Shown in pieces: positions 23,779 through 34,922 of a DNA stretch of 64,000 nt. This stretch comes from Macrostomum lignano (Eukaryota), in the NCBI GenBank assembly GCA_002269645.1, contig NIVC01000300.1:248001-312000 (forward strand). The letters are read 5' to 3'. The position numbers were made by a program, and so were the translations under genes. Each line of letters starts with the position of its first letter. The stretch's first letter is position 1. Under the pieces are notes generated by a model. That model had not been told where the DNA came from. It saw nothing but the letters and a program-made list of their open reading frames with translations, and did not search any database.

Positions 23779-23880
23779 TACTCGTACAACGCAATATTAC
23801 TTTGTGAGTTTTTGTTTACTATTTTATCACCAGAAACACTCTTTTAAATCCCTGCGAAGCTCTTTTCCGGGATGTATTTT

Positions 23881-25548
23881 TACCATAGACACAAAAAACC
23901 GAGCTAGAATTTGTATTTTTCAGGTTGTATACTTTATATTTCATTCTGGATGACAAAAAACAAGATTATGAATATAACGGGAAAACGAAATTTTCCGGGT
24001 CTTATTAGTAGGCAGCAAAGTAGCTTAGTTTACTTAGGTTAGTTAGTTAGTTTCGGCTTAAGGTAAATCAGTTTTTAGTTACTAACAGTTGGGTTCATTG
24101 CATGCTTGTAATCATTTTTGATGAGGACTGAGCAGTTATTAAAACTGAAATTCAGCTGACGCTCACCGCGGACGCTAGCTGCGTCTGTCTCAGCCTCGCG
24201 TAGTATTTTAGCGTCCAATACAGCGCAGGAATTGGCGATTTAAATGTCGGACGTCCGCTTGTACGTGCGGACTCCAGCCAAACTTCGGTGGCCTGTTCGT
24301 TCCATTATTTGCTGTTCTTCAACGCCAGCTTGGTAAAGACGTGTAGCACACGTAGCGCGTAGACTATGATTAGTCTTGTGGCCAGAAATCTCGGCTTCAG
24401 TGCAAATTTCATGCAGAAACTTTGCCAGGGTGTTTTTGCCAATTGGACGATTCGAGTACCATTGCTTCTCCGATGGTTGCTTCAGCGGCAGAAGGTAAAA
24501 TCTATTACTCTGGCTAGGCCTGACTTTCTTAAAAAGCTCGAAAAGCCGAACGTGACAACGTTCCGGATTGGCTGCATTGGCGAAGTGAAGAACTTCCTTT
24601 GGTTTGAAGCGAGTGTCGCGCAATCCACCAGCATTCGTCTTCGTGGCCATCTCTTGGTAAACAAGACATTTCTGTCCCTCTCGCTCTTGCACACTGAATT
24701 GCGAAATGCACAGGACACTGTTCCTGACCGCAACGTAGAGCGAAATGCAAGCCGTTAAGATAAAACAAAGTTCTGATCAGACTCGTAGGATCTTTGTCGC
24801 CTAACACTTTCTCCCAAAGTTTCTCCTCATCTTCGTAGCCAACAACTTCAGCAGATTTCCTGGCTAGTCCTAAGCCATTTCTTATCCCAATCTTCATGGC
24901 GGCGTTCAGACTTTCACGCACAATGCTGAATCGCTCATTGCGAAAGAAATCAACTTTACGCACCTTGCAGATTGTTTGTTGCAGACCAGCAACAATTGAC
25001 ACGAGTGTGTTTGGCGGATATTGAGTCCCATCGGCACGGGTCACTTCGTGAATGAAAACAGGAAGGTATTCGTTTAGCTCATCATCGCTAAGTTCTTGCA
25101 CAGCACGAATAGAATCGTTGGAACGGCCAGAGCGCCACCTATCAAAGACGCCAACGGACCACTTGTTCCGATTGGCGGTATTGGCAGGCTTTGTCGACTC
25201 GTTAAGTGATCGAACCGATCGAGAGTCAAGTCCTTGGGCAGCGTTGATGGACCAGGTTCTTCACGCGACGATCGCACCCCTTGCAATGCGTAGGGGTTCC
25301 TCAAATCTGCACCAGCGTCTAGCAGTAGGTCTAAATCGTCCATCGTAAGCACATTTGGATCATAGTCTCCGACGTAGTCTTTGGAATAATCAACCAACGG
25401 GTTTAAAATGAGTCTTCGTTCTGCCATTATTTGTTTCAGTTAAAGTGAAATAAACTAGAGTCAATTATTTGAAGTTAAATTTGTTACAGTTAGGCTTTCC
25501 AGCTATTTATCTGTCCTCTGTCTGTCTTTATAAAATATGTCTATGGTA
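23881..25548 (-). mobile_element. Putative boundaries of the Crypton element (11-bp terminal inverted repeat TACCATAGACA)
   Basis: TACCATAGACA at 23881-23891 and its reverse complement TGTCTATGGTA at 25538-25548 bracket the recombinase ORF. A second TGTCTATGG at 25591 makes the right end ambiguous. Confidence 0.45.
24075..25427 (-). pseudogene. Crypton-type tyrosine recombinase (DUF3504 / ZMYM-QRICH1-KCTD1-related), disrupted
   Basis: Joined frames read KPANTANRNKWSVGVFDRWR...LPVFIHEVTRADGTQYPPNTL...FALRCGQE...ATKTNAGG...TNHSLRATCATRLY...RTGHRSLAGVRTYKR, i.e. the R-K-HxxR-H-Y catalytic set. Frameshifts at ~25202 and ~24718, premature TAA at 24240-24242; the frame continues to FSFNNCSVLI and stops at 24075. 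Confidence 0.88.
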
Positions 25549-25987
25549 TAGAATGTGGGGGCTTCGTCCCACACCCCAAAACAGTATTGATGTCTATGGC
25601 CAATTTGCGGGTTGTAATTAAATACAACCCGGAGATTTTTTACTAGCTGTTATATAAATTAGCGGGTTGTATTTTTAGCGCATGAATTTAAGTGAGATGA
25701 CACATAGAGTTAAGGGATGTATTTTTCTTAAACCCCTCGGCCCTCGAGGCTTAAATAAATACATCCCTCAACTCTATGTATTATCTTATACATATTGCGT
25801 ATATCTTGGATTTTATTTCCTGTAGGAAGTCTCAATTTTTACTTGTCTACAATGGTCTGATCTTATATATCGCGACTCAAAAGTGAGAAATTTTATGATA
25901 TATCGGGCCCAAAAACGAGACAAATTACATGAACCCTAGTCTCTCTGTATGAATCAAACGGGTTGCTACAAATTAAGATTTTCTTGG

Positions 25988-26229
25988 TGTAAAGACTGCG
26001 ATAGTGAAGGCGGCAGTGTGAGCGCGAAACCAAAGGCTTAAGGCCCCATATAGCCGTGGGCCCAATATATATATATTTGTTAGGCGACAGTGAACGATGC
26101 GTACATTCATGAACATGTACATTGCTACGCTATTGATGCTATTGATTAGGACAGAGCGGGCGAGAGAGAGAGAGAGCGCTGGCAACAGGCACCGCCCTGC
26201 TAGGCTAATTCAACTAGGTGGCAATAACA
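25988..26229 (-). repeat. 3' LTR
   Basis: Direct repeat of 30377-30618 with TG...CA ends. Confidence 0.97.
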
Positions 26230-26333
26230 CTTCTCCCAAAGCAGAAAGAAACAAAGAGGGGATAAAAGCTCGAATGACAGTCATCGAAGTACTCGTACAA
26301 TAGTTCCAGTCCTTAATCAGCCCCAACCCCAAA

Positions 26334-29300
26334 TCAGTCCTTGTAGCTGATTGGCTTGTCTTTGGCCGCGCGGGGATGCGGCCGCTGGGCAATGCCGCAT
26401 TCTGGCGGCGTCGGTTCCGCGTTCGCCGCAGCGCCCTCTGCCGCCACCAGCGGGCGGATGTGCGTCAGGTGTCGAGTGCAGGTGCGGTCGCCCTGTTGTA
26501 GCACGTAGGAGTCACCCCGCCTGTCCACGACGGTCCAGGGCTCGACCTCGAAGGGTGTCTGAGTCTTTGTTCGCTGATTCCGCCTCCGTAGCACCGCACT
26601 ACCCGGCCTCACGCTGCAGGCCTTGGCCCTCCGGGAACGGTTGAAGTCCCTGGCCAACGCTCTGGTGTAGGCCGAGTGTCGCTGGGTCAGCTGTGTGCGA
26701 TGATGGTACACGGGCTGCGAGGGGCGCGCCGACGGGACGGTGTCGTTGAAGGTCCGGCCCATTAGCAATTCGGCCGGCGCGACTCCGGTTGCCGAATGAG
26801 GAGTGACGCGGTATGCGAGGAGCCAGTCGTCTAGGGCACTGCGCCAGCTGCGGCCTTCGGCGATGGCCGCCCTGACGACCTTGTTGACGCATCGGTTGAC
26901 GCGCTCGGTCGCTCCGTTGGCCTCCGGGTGCAGCGGGCAGATGCGGCGGTGCTTGACGCCGTGCTCAGCGAAAAAGCTGTAGAACTCTGCAGAGTTGAAG
27001 GGTGGGCCGTTGTCGCTGATGATTTCTTGTGGGATGCCGTACCTGCTGAAGAGAGTTTTCAGGTGTGGCAGCACAGCCTCTGTGGAGGTCGAACTGACGA
27101 TGTTGATCTCTGGAAACTTTGAGTAAAGGTCTGTTGTCACTAGCAGCATTTTGTCCTGCACCGGACCGCTCGTAGAAGTCCATGCCGAGGACGAGCCAGG
27201 CTCCGTCGGGGAGCTGCGAGGGCTGAAGAGGTGGCGGATTGGTCGTTTTAGGCGACGTTGCTTGGCAGGCGAGGGAGCTTTGCACGAAAACCTGGCAGTC
27301 GCCCCTCATGCCTGGCCACCACACCTTCGTTTGAAGCCGGTCTAGAGTTTTCCGCCAGCACTGATGGCCTTTGTGCGCCAGCTGGAGTACTACTCGCCGA
27401 AGACTCGCTGGCACGATGATCGAAGAACCGCGAAGCAGAACGCCGTCGTGGGCCGACAGTTCTTGCCGGATGCAGGCAAGCGCACGGAGCTCATGGTCGT
27501 TGCTGGTCCACTGGTTGGTCTGTAGTGCCGAGATGGCTGCCTGAGTGACACCGTCGAGCCTGGCCGCATGCTTGATTGACTCGAAGCTGAGACCTTGTGG
27601 CGTCGATCCGAGGGCGATGGCGTTGATGAACTGCCGGTCGAGCACTTCGCCGGGGTTGTCGGTTGTCTGCATTTGCGGCTGCCTGCTGAGCACGTCGGCT
27701 GGGTTTTGCGGCCCGGGCTGGTAGATGATGTTGAAGCTGAGGTGCTGCACTCTCAGTGCCATACGCTCGATTCTGGGCGGCGGCCGAGACCCCGGCTGGA
27801 AGAGTGGTACCAGCGGGCGGTGGTCTGTCACGATGGTGAACCTTGGGCAGCCGCTGAGGTAGTGCTCGAATCGGAGGCAGCCAAACTTCACAGCAAGTGC
27901 CTCCCGCTCTATCTGAGCATACCGTTTCTCGACGGCCGTCAGCGATCTGCTGGCGAAGACGATAGGTCTGCGGACTCCTCTCTTGTCCGTCTGGCTCAGG
28001 ATAGCGCCGAGGCCGACCGGCGAGGCGTCCACGTGCACCTCCGTCTCCATGTTGACGTCAAAGAAGGCCAGAATGTTTTCTGAACAAATGGCGGCCCTAG
28101 TTTGTTTGAAGGCTTCTTGCTGCTTGTCCGTCCAGCTCCAGACGTGGCCCTTCTTGAGCAGCTCTCGCATCGGTTGAGTCAGGTCGGATAAGTTAGGAAT
28201 GAACCTTGACAGGTAGGTTGCCAGTCCAAGGAATGAGCGTAGCTCCGATGTGTTCGTGGGCTCCTTGAAGGCCTTGAGCGCCTTTATTTTCTCCTCTGAT
28301 GGCTGGACGCCGCTGGCGCTGATGCGCATTCCGAGAAATTCGATGGAAGGTTGGGCGAAACGGCACTTATCGGGGTTAAGGGTGATCCCGTGGTCTCTGA
28401 GGCGCTGGAGGCACGCCTTCAAACGGCTGTTGTGTTCGGCCATGTTGCGCGCGAAGATCGTGATATCGTCGTGGGCCCACCTGACACCATTTAGGCCGCT
28501 GAGGACTCCCGTCATGACTCTCTGCAGCACCTCCGACGCGTTGGTGAAACCCATGCTGAGCCTGGTGAGTCGCATGAGGCCCAGCGGGGTGCTGAAGGTG
28601 AAGAGGTGGCGGGACTCCGGGCTCACGGGGATCTGGTGAAAGGCTTTCGTGATGTCTAACTCGCTAAATACGGTCGAGCCCGCCATGTCGTCAGTGATTT
28701 CCTCGAAGGTCGGGATCGGCTGCTTTTCCGGCACGGCAAAAGAGTTGACATTGCGAAGATCCTGGCAAATACGAATGCCGCCAGACTCCTTTGGCACGAC
28801 AACCATCCGGGAGACCCACGGTGAAGGCCCATGCACGCGCTCGATGATGCCTTCATCTAGCAGGAGCTGTAGCTCGTCGATGACGGCCTGTCGCTGGTGG
28901 ACGGGTATCCTGGACGGTGGATGGCACACTGGCACGGCTTCGGGGCGCAGCCGAACATCGACTTCAACGTCCTTGACCCGGCCAAGGCCTTCAAAAACTG
29001 GCTGGAACTCGCGAAGTATGTTGCCTAACCGTGAGTCCGGTTGTAGGCCGTTGTCCAGATTTTGATCGTGTTTGGCGAGTAGCTTCTTCAATGTCGAGGA
29101 TTCGGCGCTGTCACGAGGTTTCACAGCGTTGATCTGTCGGGCCGGCTGCTGGATGTGTAGGATTCCCATGTCGAAGGCGGTGTTGCGCCCAAGCAGAGTG
29201 ATGCCACTGCCCTTGGTGATGAAGAACGGGGCTTGTAGCTCATCTGAGTCGGTGCGGAGAGCTAGATCGGCAAGGCCAAGCACTTGCAGCGGTGTTGATG

Positions 29301-30336
29301 AGCCATAGCTGAAGATCTGCTGGGTGGCGCCACGCAGGGGAACGTGCTGCAGGTGTTAGAAGTTCTGCTCGCTCATGACATTGCAGCTCGCGCCGCTGTC
29401 GACCAGCACGTTGAATTCTTTCCCTTCGATCTGCAGGCGCATGTTGGCCGATCTTTGCCCTGACGACGCAGCCGGCGTCTGTATCGTGAATGCTTCTTCG
29501 GTGAGGTTGTCGGGCGAGACATAGATTGAGCTGCCGTCCGTGTTGTTTGCAACCACGTTGATGCTGGAAGAGTTCTGCTGCCGGCGTTGCCTGCAGGCCT
29601 TTGCGAGGTGGTTGGGCTTGCCGCATGACGAGCAGGTCTTCCCTTTCGCGGCGCCGCAGCTGCTGTGGCCGCGCTCTCCACAGCGGTAACAGGTGGTGTT
29701 GGAGGCGAATGTCGGCCTCTGGCCGTTTGGCTGTGGCTGGTCTCTGCGCTGGTTTGATGCCGACTTGTGAATGGCCGCGATGCTGCTGCTGCTGCTCTCC
29801 ATGGCTGTGGCCTGCTCTTCCGCGGCTTCTAGTGCGCGAGCCTGTCTGAGAGCATCGTTCAATGCGATGTTGCTCTCCTGGAGCAGTCGCCGTCTGAGCT
29901 TGTCGGAGCAGCAAGTTGCGACGATCTGGTCTCTAATGAGAGAATCCTTCAGGGTGGAGAACTCGCAGGCTTCAGCAGCTGCCTTTAGTCTAGCGTACCA
30001 GGCGTCCACCGGCTCTCCAGTCTGCTGCACGCAAAGTCTGAACTGGTAGCGGGCGAAGACGATACTCTTGCGTTCGTCAAAGTGTGCTGTAAGAGCGGCC
30101 AGCAAGTTGCTGAGGCTGTCTTTCTTGTCGTCCGGCAGGTCCTTGACGATTTGGGCGATCTCCCTGCCTGCCGTGTAGGACAGCAGTTTGCACTTCTGAG
30201 TTTCGGCCGTAATTCCGGATGCGTCGATAAAGTCGCGGAAGCGATCGGCCCACACGGTCCACCGTTTAGAGATGTTTTGTTGATCAGTGTTTGTGCTGAA
30301 TTGCTCAGGCGGTGGCAGGGAGATGAAATGCGCCAT
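26334..30336 (-). pseudogene. Gypsy gag-pol (single frame, interrupted)
   Basis: Gag with Cys/His knuckles (CYRCGERGH..C; CSSCGKPNHLAKAC), protease LVDSGAS, RT (LDITKAFHQ, WAHDDI), RNase H (VDASPVGLGA), integrase (MDF, ISDNGPPF, NGATER). In-frame TAA at 29356-29358 and a frameshift at ~27170. Confidence 0.92.
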
Positions 30337-30376
30337 TGTGGCTAACCGTAGGGGTAAGCTCTGCTTGCGATGCCAC

Positions 30377-30618
30377 TGTAAAGACTGCGATAGTGAAGGC
30401 GGCAGTGTGAGCGCGAAACCAAAGACTTAAGGCCCCATATGGCCGTGGGCCCAATATATATATATTTGTTAGGCGACAGTGAACGATGCGTACATTCATG
30501 AACATGTACATTGCTACGCTATTGATGCTATTGATTAGGACAGAGCGGGCGAGAGAGAGAGAGAGCGCTGGCAACAGGCACCGCCCTGCTAGGCTAATTC
30601 AACTAGGTGGCAATAACA
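30377..30618 (-). repeat. 5' LTR
   Basis: Direct repeat of 25988-26229 with TG...CA ends. Confidence 0.97.
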
Positions 30619-33410
30619 CTTGGGAACGTTGAATCAAACAAATAACTGTGTATTTTCAGTCATTTAACATCACGAATGAAAACCAGGAATAAATAGAAAT
30701 AGGAATAAAGACAACCTGTTCTTCGTTGAATGTTGCGAATCATTTATTAGTAGCCGAGACAGCCTCTTGATTGGTAGCAGCAGCAGCCGTCGGAGCGTCT
30801 TGATTAGTGGTTAGTGAATCAAGCCAGGTAAATCACCGTCGAAAAATTCAAAGCTCTCCATTATAGTACTTTCTAATCTATACTCCAGGGTGCCCTTCTC
30901 CTCTCCATAGCCACGTCTTAAATTTTTTTCGACAAATGTCTTTGGCTTTCTTAAAAAATTTCTCTACGGTGCTAAAGTAGGAGCTTCGCCCCTAAGCCCG
31001 TTCTATTCTATTCTGTTCTATTCTGCGTAGTGTTTCAAGGGGTTAAATTTTACAGTGCATAATAGCCTCTGAATTCCGGTTCTATGGAAAAGAAAGTCCG
31101 AGACTGCATATAACAGAGTTATATGTGGTCGAGGACTTTCGACCATAGAACCGGAATTTGGCGGGGGTTATAAATACACTTAACCCAGCTCTCAATCCCG
31201 TACCTCCTAGCCAGGGGTAGATTTCTGAGTCTTAAACTCTTAAACCAAGCTCGTTTTTGCTTAGCATTTTAAAGAACACAAAGCCAAAAGGGAGGTTGCA
31301 CAAATAGAAACACAGAACGGGATGCTTTAACCGGCTTACATGTACGTACTGGTGTATGCTTACACGGTATATTAGATCTGCAGTACACTGGCAGCATGGT
31401 AGATCGAAGGCAGCAGTCAACTTGTCACAGTTAATTGTCACACTTTTAGCACATGTAGGTGAAAGTCTGGCTTGGTCAATACTATAGTTTAGTTTTAAAC
31501 CGTTAGCTAGTGTTACATGTGGCCTGTTTGCTGTTTGACGTAATTCTGGCTTTATTCCTTCCTCGGTTGACTAATTTAGCGGAATTTCTAGTTCTTTCCC
31601 ACAAGCCTAAGTCGTATACGCACAAGGTCATAATTGAAGGTCGCGATCAAGTCCCTAGGGGGCTAGGCTAAATGTAGATTGGTTGCAGGCCCCGTTCGGC
31701 TGATATACTTGTGTACTTACAATTGTACAGTATTGGCAGACAGACGCCCCTCCACTAGCTAGATACGCTTGTAATACAGTTTATTTGGTGTGGACTGGGC
31801 AGCGCTAGTCTAGAAATCTGCATGTACTGTACATGTTCATGTATGAATATATATAATGACACAGTGCACCGCTGCGATCGGGTGCTAAAACACTTTTGAC
31901 TCCTTAATCTTTAAGAGGCATAACCGTAGGTAGGAACTTAAAAAAAGTACTTACGTGTAATTTGACCCCTTTATTTGAATTTAGGAATCAAGGGCATTCC
32001 TTGAAGATTTTTTAAAAAAGGGTATTTCCAATTCTTTTTGCCTCCTGGGAGTTCCAAACCATTGGCTGAGATCGCTATCACTTTCTAAGCAAAAGAGGGC
32101 CTGTGCAAAGAAAGGAAGAAACTACAATATCCTGAGTGACAGTTCGTATATTGAGTGCTCTCTGCAGCTCTACAAGCCGACTCACTGGTACATGTACACT
32201 TTGAAAAGGTAGGTAAACGGGCACATGCGCTCGTTCTCGTATGACACGCCTCGGTTGAAAGCAGGATATTGAGTTCTACTCTATGCCAGTAAATTCTCAG
32301 TTCTGGCTGAAATATTGCTAAATCTTTTGGGTCGTGAGTCTATGCTGTAAGGCGATTTTTTAGACAGTGATAATTAACTGTACTGTACTTTGGGGGTTGG
32401 CCCTTATAGGTGTAAATCGTGCACAAGTCCCAAATGAATGTCCGCGCACGGAATGGAACCAGGGGGTTGCTGTGCGAGAGTCAGAGTCAGTGCGACTGCA
32501 GAGCTATCCTAACACAATGGTGTTACCTGGTACGTTGCTTTAGAATCGAGACAGTCTGCTAGAAGATGGTGTTTTACTTTTGACAGTGAATTTACTCTAC
32601 CACTAAACAGCGTACAAAAACGAATCAAGCAAAATTACGAGTTGCCAATTTGCGAGTGAAATTGCAAATCAGAAAGTTAGTATAAATTAACAAAAGTTAA
32701 TTACCGCGAGTTTATTTGATGGATTTGTAGAATTACGACTTTTTAACTTGTATTATTCGTCGTCAATGTAAAAGCGCAGAAAGTTTTGGTTTTACAATTA
32801 CGCTCGTAGGTTTGCAAAGGTTTGCAAATCCTAAGCGTGTGCAAAGGGAAACACTTAAAATAAAAATAATAATAACACAGTATCATGCTTTACCAACTAT
32901 ATCAGTATATGATGACACAGAACTCTATCAACAGATTGTTTCCTTATAGTCGCTTCGACCCATTTTTGAAGCTAGTGTGTCCGACAGAAATCAACTTAAA
33001 AAGAAAGACATGTTTTTGTTTTTTTGCCTTCCAAAAATCCAAAATAGCCTTCAGTATGTATGGAGTAAAAAATAATTGAGTAGATCCAAGCAAGCTTGAT
33101 CTTTTAGAATACGAGTCAGCTTAGTTAAGTAAACAGATCAAGACTCTTCAACTTTGTAGTTGCCGCCGCCAACCTGAAAGTGGAATGATAATTACAATGC
33201 AAATCAATAAATATCAAATGGTTATCATATCAAATCATATGGCATAACTCAGAACAATACATATAAACCATAAAAGGGACCTCAACTTAATTACACTTTT
33301 AAATTTAGACAATTTGCATGATTTCAAAATAAGACCTCTTTTGTCACCAAATCGATAATAACAGCAATTGCACAGGTAAACATAGTTGAATATTTAAGAA
33401 GCTCAAGTGA

Positions 33411-34046
33411 TTAAATTGGTTTTATAATTACCTTCGGTTTGTTGGGGTTGTTTTCTAAAAGCCAATTAGCAAGCCAAGTGATGGGATCGTTTGGCTTTTT
33501 CTTGCAGAGTTCAGTCAGGCCCTTAAGAACAGTGGGATTTACGGTGCGAGCTAGGTAGGACTTGGCGGCCTCTCCAATCGGAATGGGCTCCACAATGCTG
33601 TCCGGAAAGAAAAAACGAATCTCCTTCTCAGCAGTCGTAAAGCTATCACTTCCGTGTAGTGCATTCTGCTGGTCGTCTGTGCCGTATTTTGCTCTCAAGC
33701 AGTCCGGATGAGTCTGTTTTGCAATCAGAGAGTTTGTAGGTCCAATGAGCTCTCGCCAGGAACTGATGGCTTGATCTTTGGCGAGAACCAACGCAACAAC
33801 AGGTCCGCTACTCATGTACGTAATCAGACTTGGAAAGAACATCTTTCCGAAATGCTCCGCGTAGAATTCACTGGATTGTTCGGGTGTCAGTTGAACCTTC
33901 CGCTTTTGTAGGACAGAAAATCCAGAGCGAGTAATAACATCCTCAATCTCGTCAGCATGGTGGACCGCGTCAGGCTTTATGACTGCGAGCGTTCTTTCAA
34001 CGTAAATCTGGGGCTTTGACATTTTATTTTCTCCTTCTTCAGGCAT
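33411..34046 (-). CDS. NME5: Nucleoside diphosphate kinase homolog 5 (NDK domain + C-terminal Dpy-30 domain), 211 aa, intronless
   Basis: ERTLAVIKPDAV, FYAEHFGKMFFPSLITYMSSGP, SSWRELIGPTNS, NALHGSDS, then VNPTVLKGLTELCKKKPNDPITWLANWLLENNPNKP; length and domain layout match NME5/NM23-H5. Confidence 0.95.
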   Translation of the reverse strand: MPEEGENKMSKPQIYVERTLAVIKPDAVHHADEIEDVITRSGFSVLQKRKVQLTPEQSSEFYAEHFGKMFFPSLITYMSSGPVVALVLAKDQAISSWRELIGPTNSLIAKQTHPDCLRAKYGTDDQQNALHGSDSFTTAEKEIRFFFPDSIVEPIPIGEAAKSYLARTVNPTVLKGLTELCKKKPNDPITWLANWLLENNPNKPKVIIKPI

Positions 34047-34922
34047 TTAGATCCGCAATTTTCTGTCCTTTAAGTTATAATAAAAATATACACTATACAG
34101 ATAATATAGCTAATTGAGCCAACAAGGTTAAACTAATAAGAAAAAATATAAAGATTTATAATGTCAAACTTTCGTAAGTATCTTGACAACACTATTTTAT
34201 ATATAAATTATGTTTATTATCTAAAAAGATATCTTCAATTTTTTTGGACTTGTAGAATTAAATAGCCTTTGTAGTCAAAACTACAAAGTTTGCAGCTAAT
34301 GTTTTGTTTAACTATTTAAAGAAAAAAGTTCCGATTGCATGATCAGATAATTTAATAAGAACTGGGCAAATGTTTGTCTGTAGCTCATGTATTAGGGCCG
34401 TGCATATTAAAGACGCTATACTTTGGGATTTATCTAGTACCTGTAAATTTCACTTAGATGCAAATTAACCTATGATCAAGAACTTCGGTTTGTAATTACC
34501 TTCGGTTTGTTGGGGTTGTTTTCTAAAAAATTGAGCAAGTAAAAATATTGTTCTTAACTTGACCATCGTCTTTTATTAATCTAAATTTGGGTAATTTAAT
34601 ACGTTAAACATAGGCAACATGGATCGCAATTGATAGGCTGATAGAATCAATTAGGAACATAGTCTGCGAACTCAATAGAGGCTGAATTTTTTTTAGATCC
34701 TACACTCAACACCGTCCTTACTCTGCAAAACTGCAAAACAACGAAAACAAAAATATAACGATAATAATTTGCGCTGATTTAAGTGACATAAGCATGGAAT
34801 GTTGCAATCGTGACTCACTGTACCTAGGCAGTCGAAAGGCCTATTGTCATATACTATTTTGATTGGTTGCTTGAATTTTAATAGGCCTAGACCTAACTCA
34901 TTGTTTGTTTGCGATTGAAAGC

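Larger units (their letters stand above)
25988..30618 (-). mobile_element. Full-length Ty3/Gypsy LTR retrotransposon (Mag/K02A2.6-like)
   Basis: 242-bp LTRs TG...CA at 25988-26229 and 30377-30618 with 2 mismatches; 5-bp TSD CTTGG (25983-25987, 30619-30623); PBS-like TGGCATCGC next to the 5' LTR; GGGAGAAG polypurine tract before the 3' LTR; domain order gag-PR-RT-RH-IN. Confidence 0.97.

Noticed and set aside
25973-30574. Twin small ORFs MPALSLSLARS... at both ends of the Gypsy element
   Set aside because: They lie within the LTRs and have no recognisable domain.
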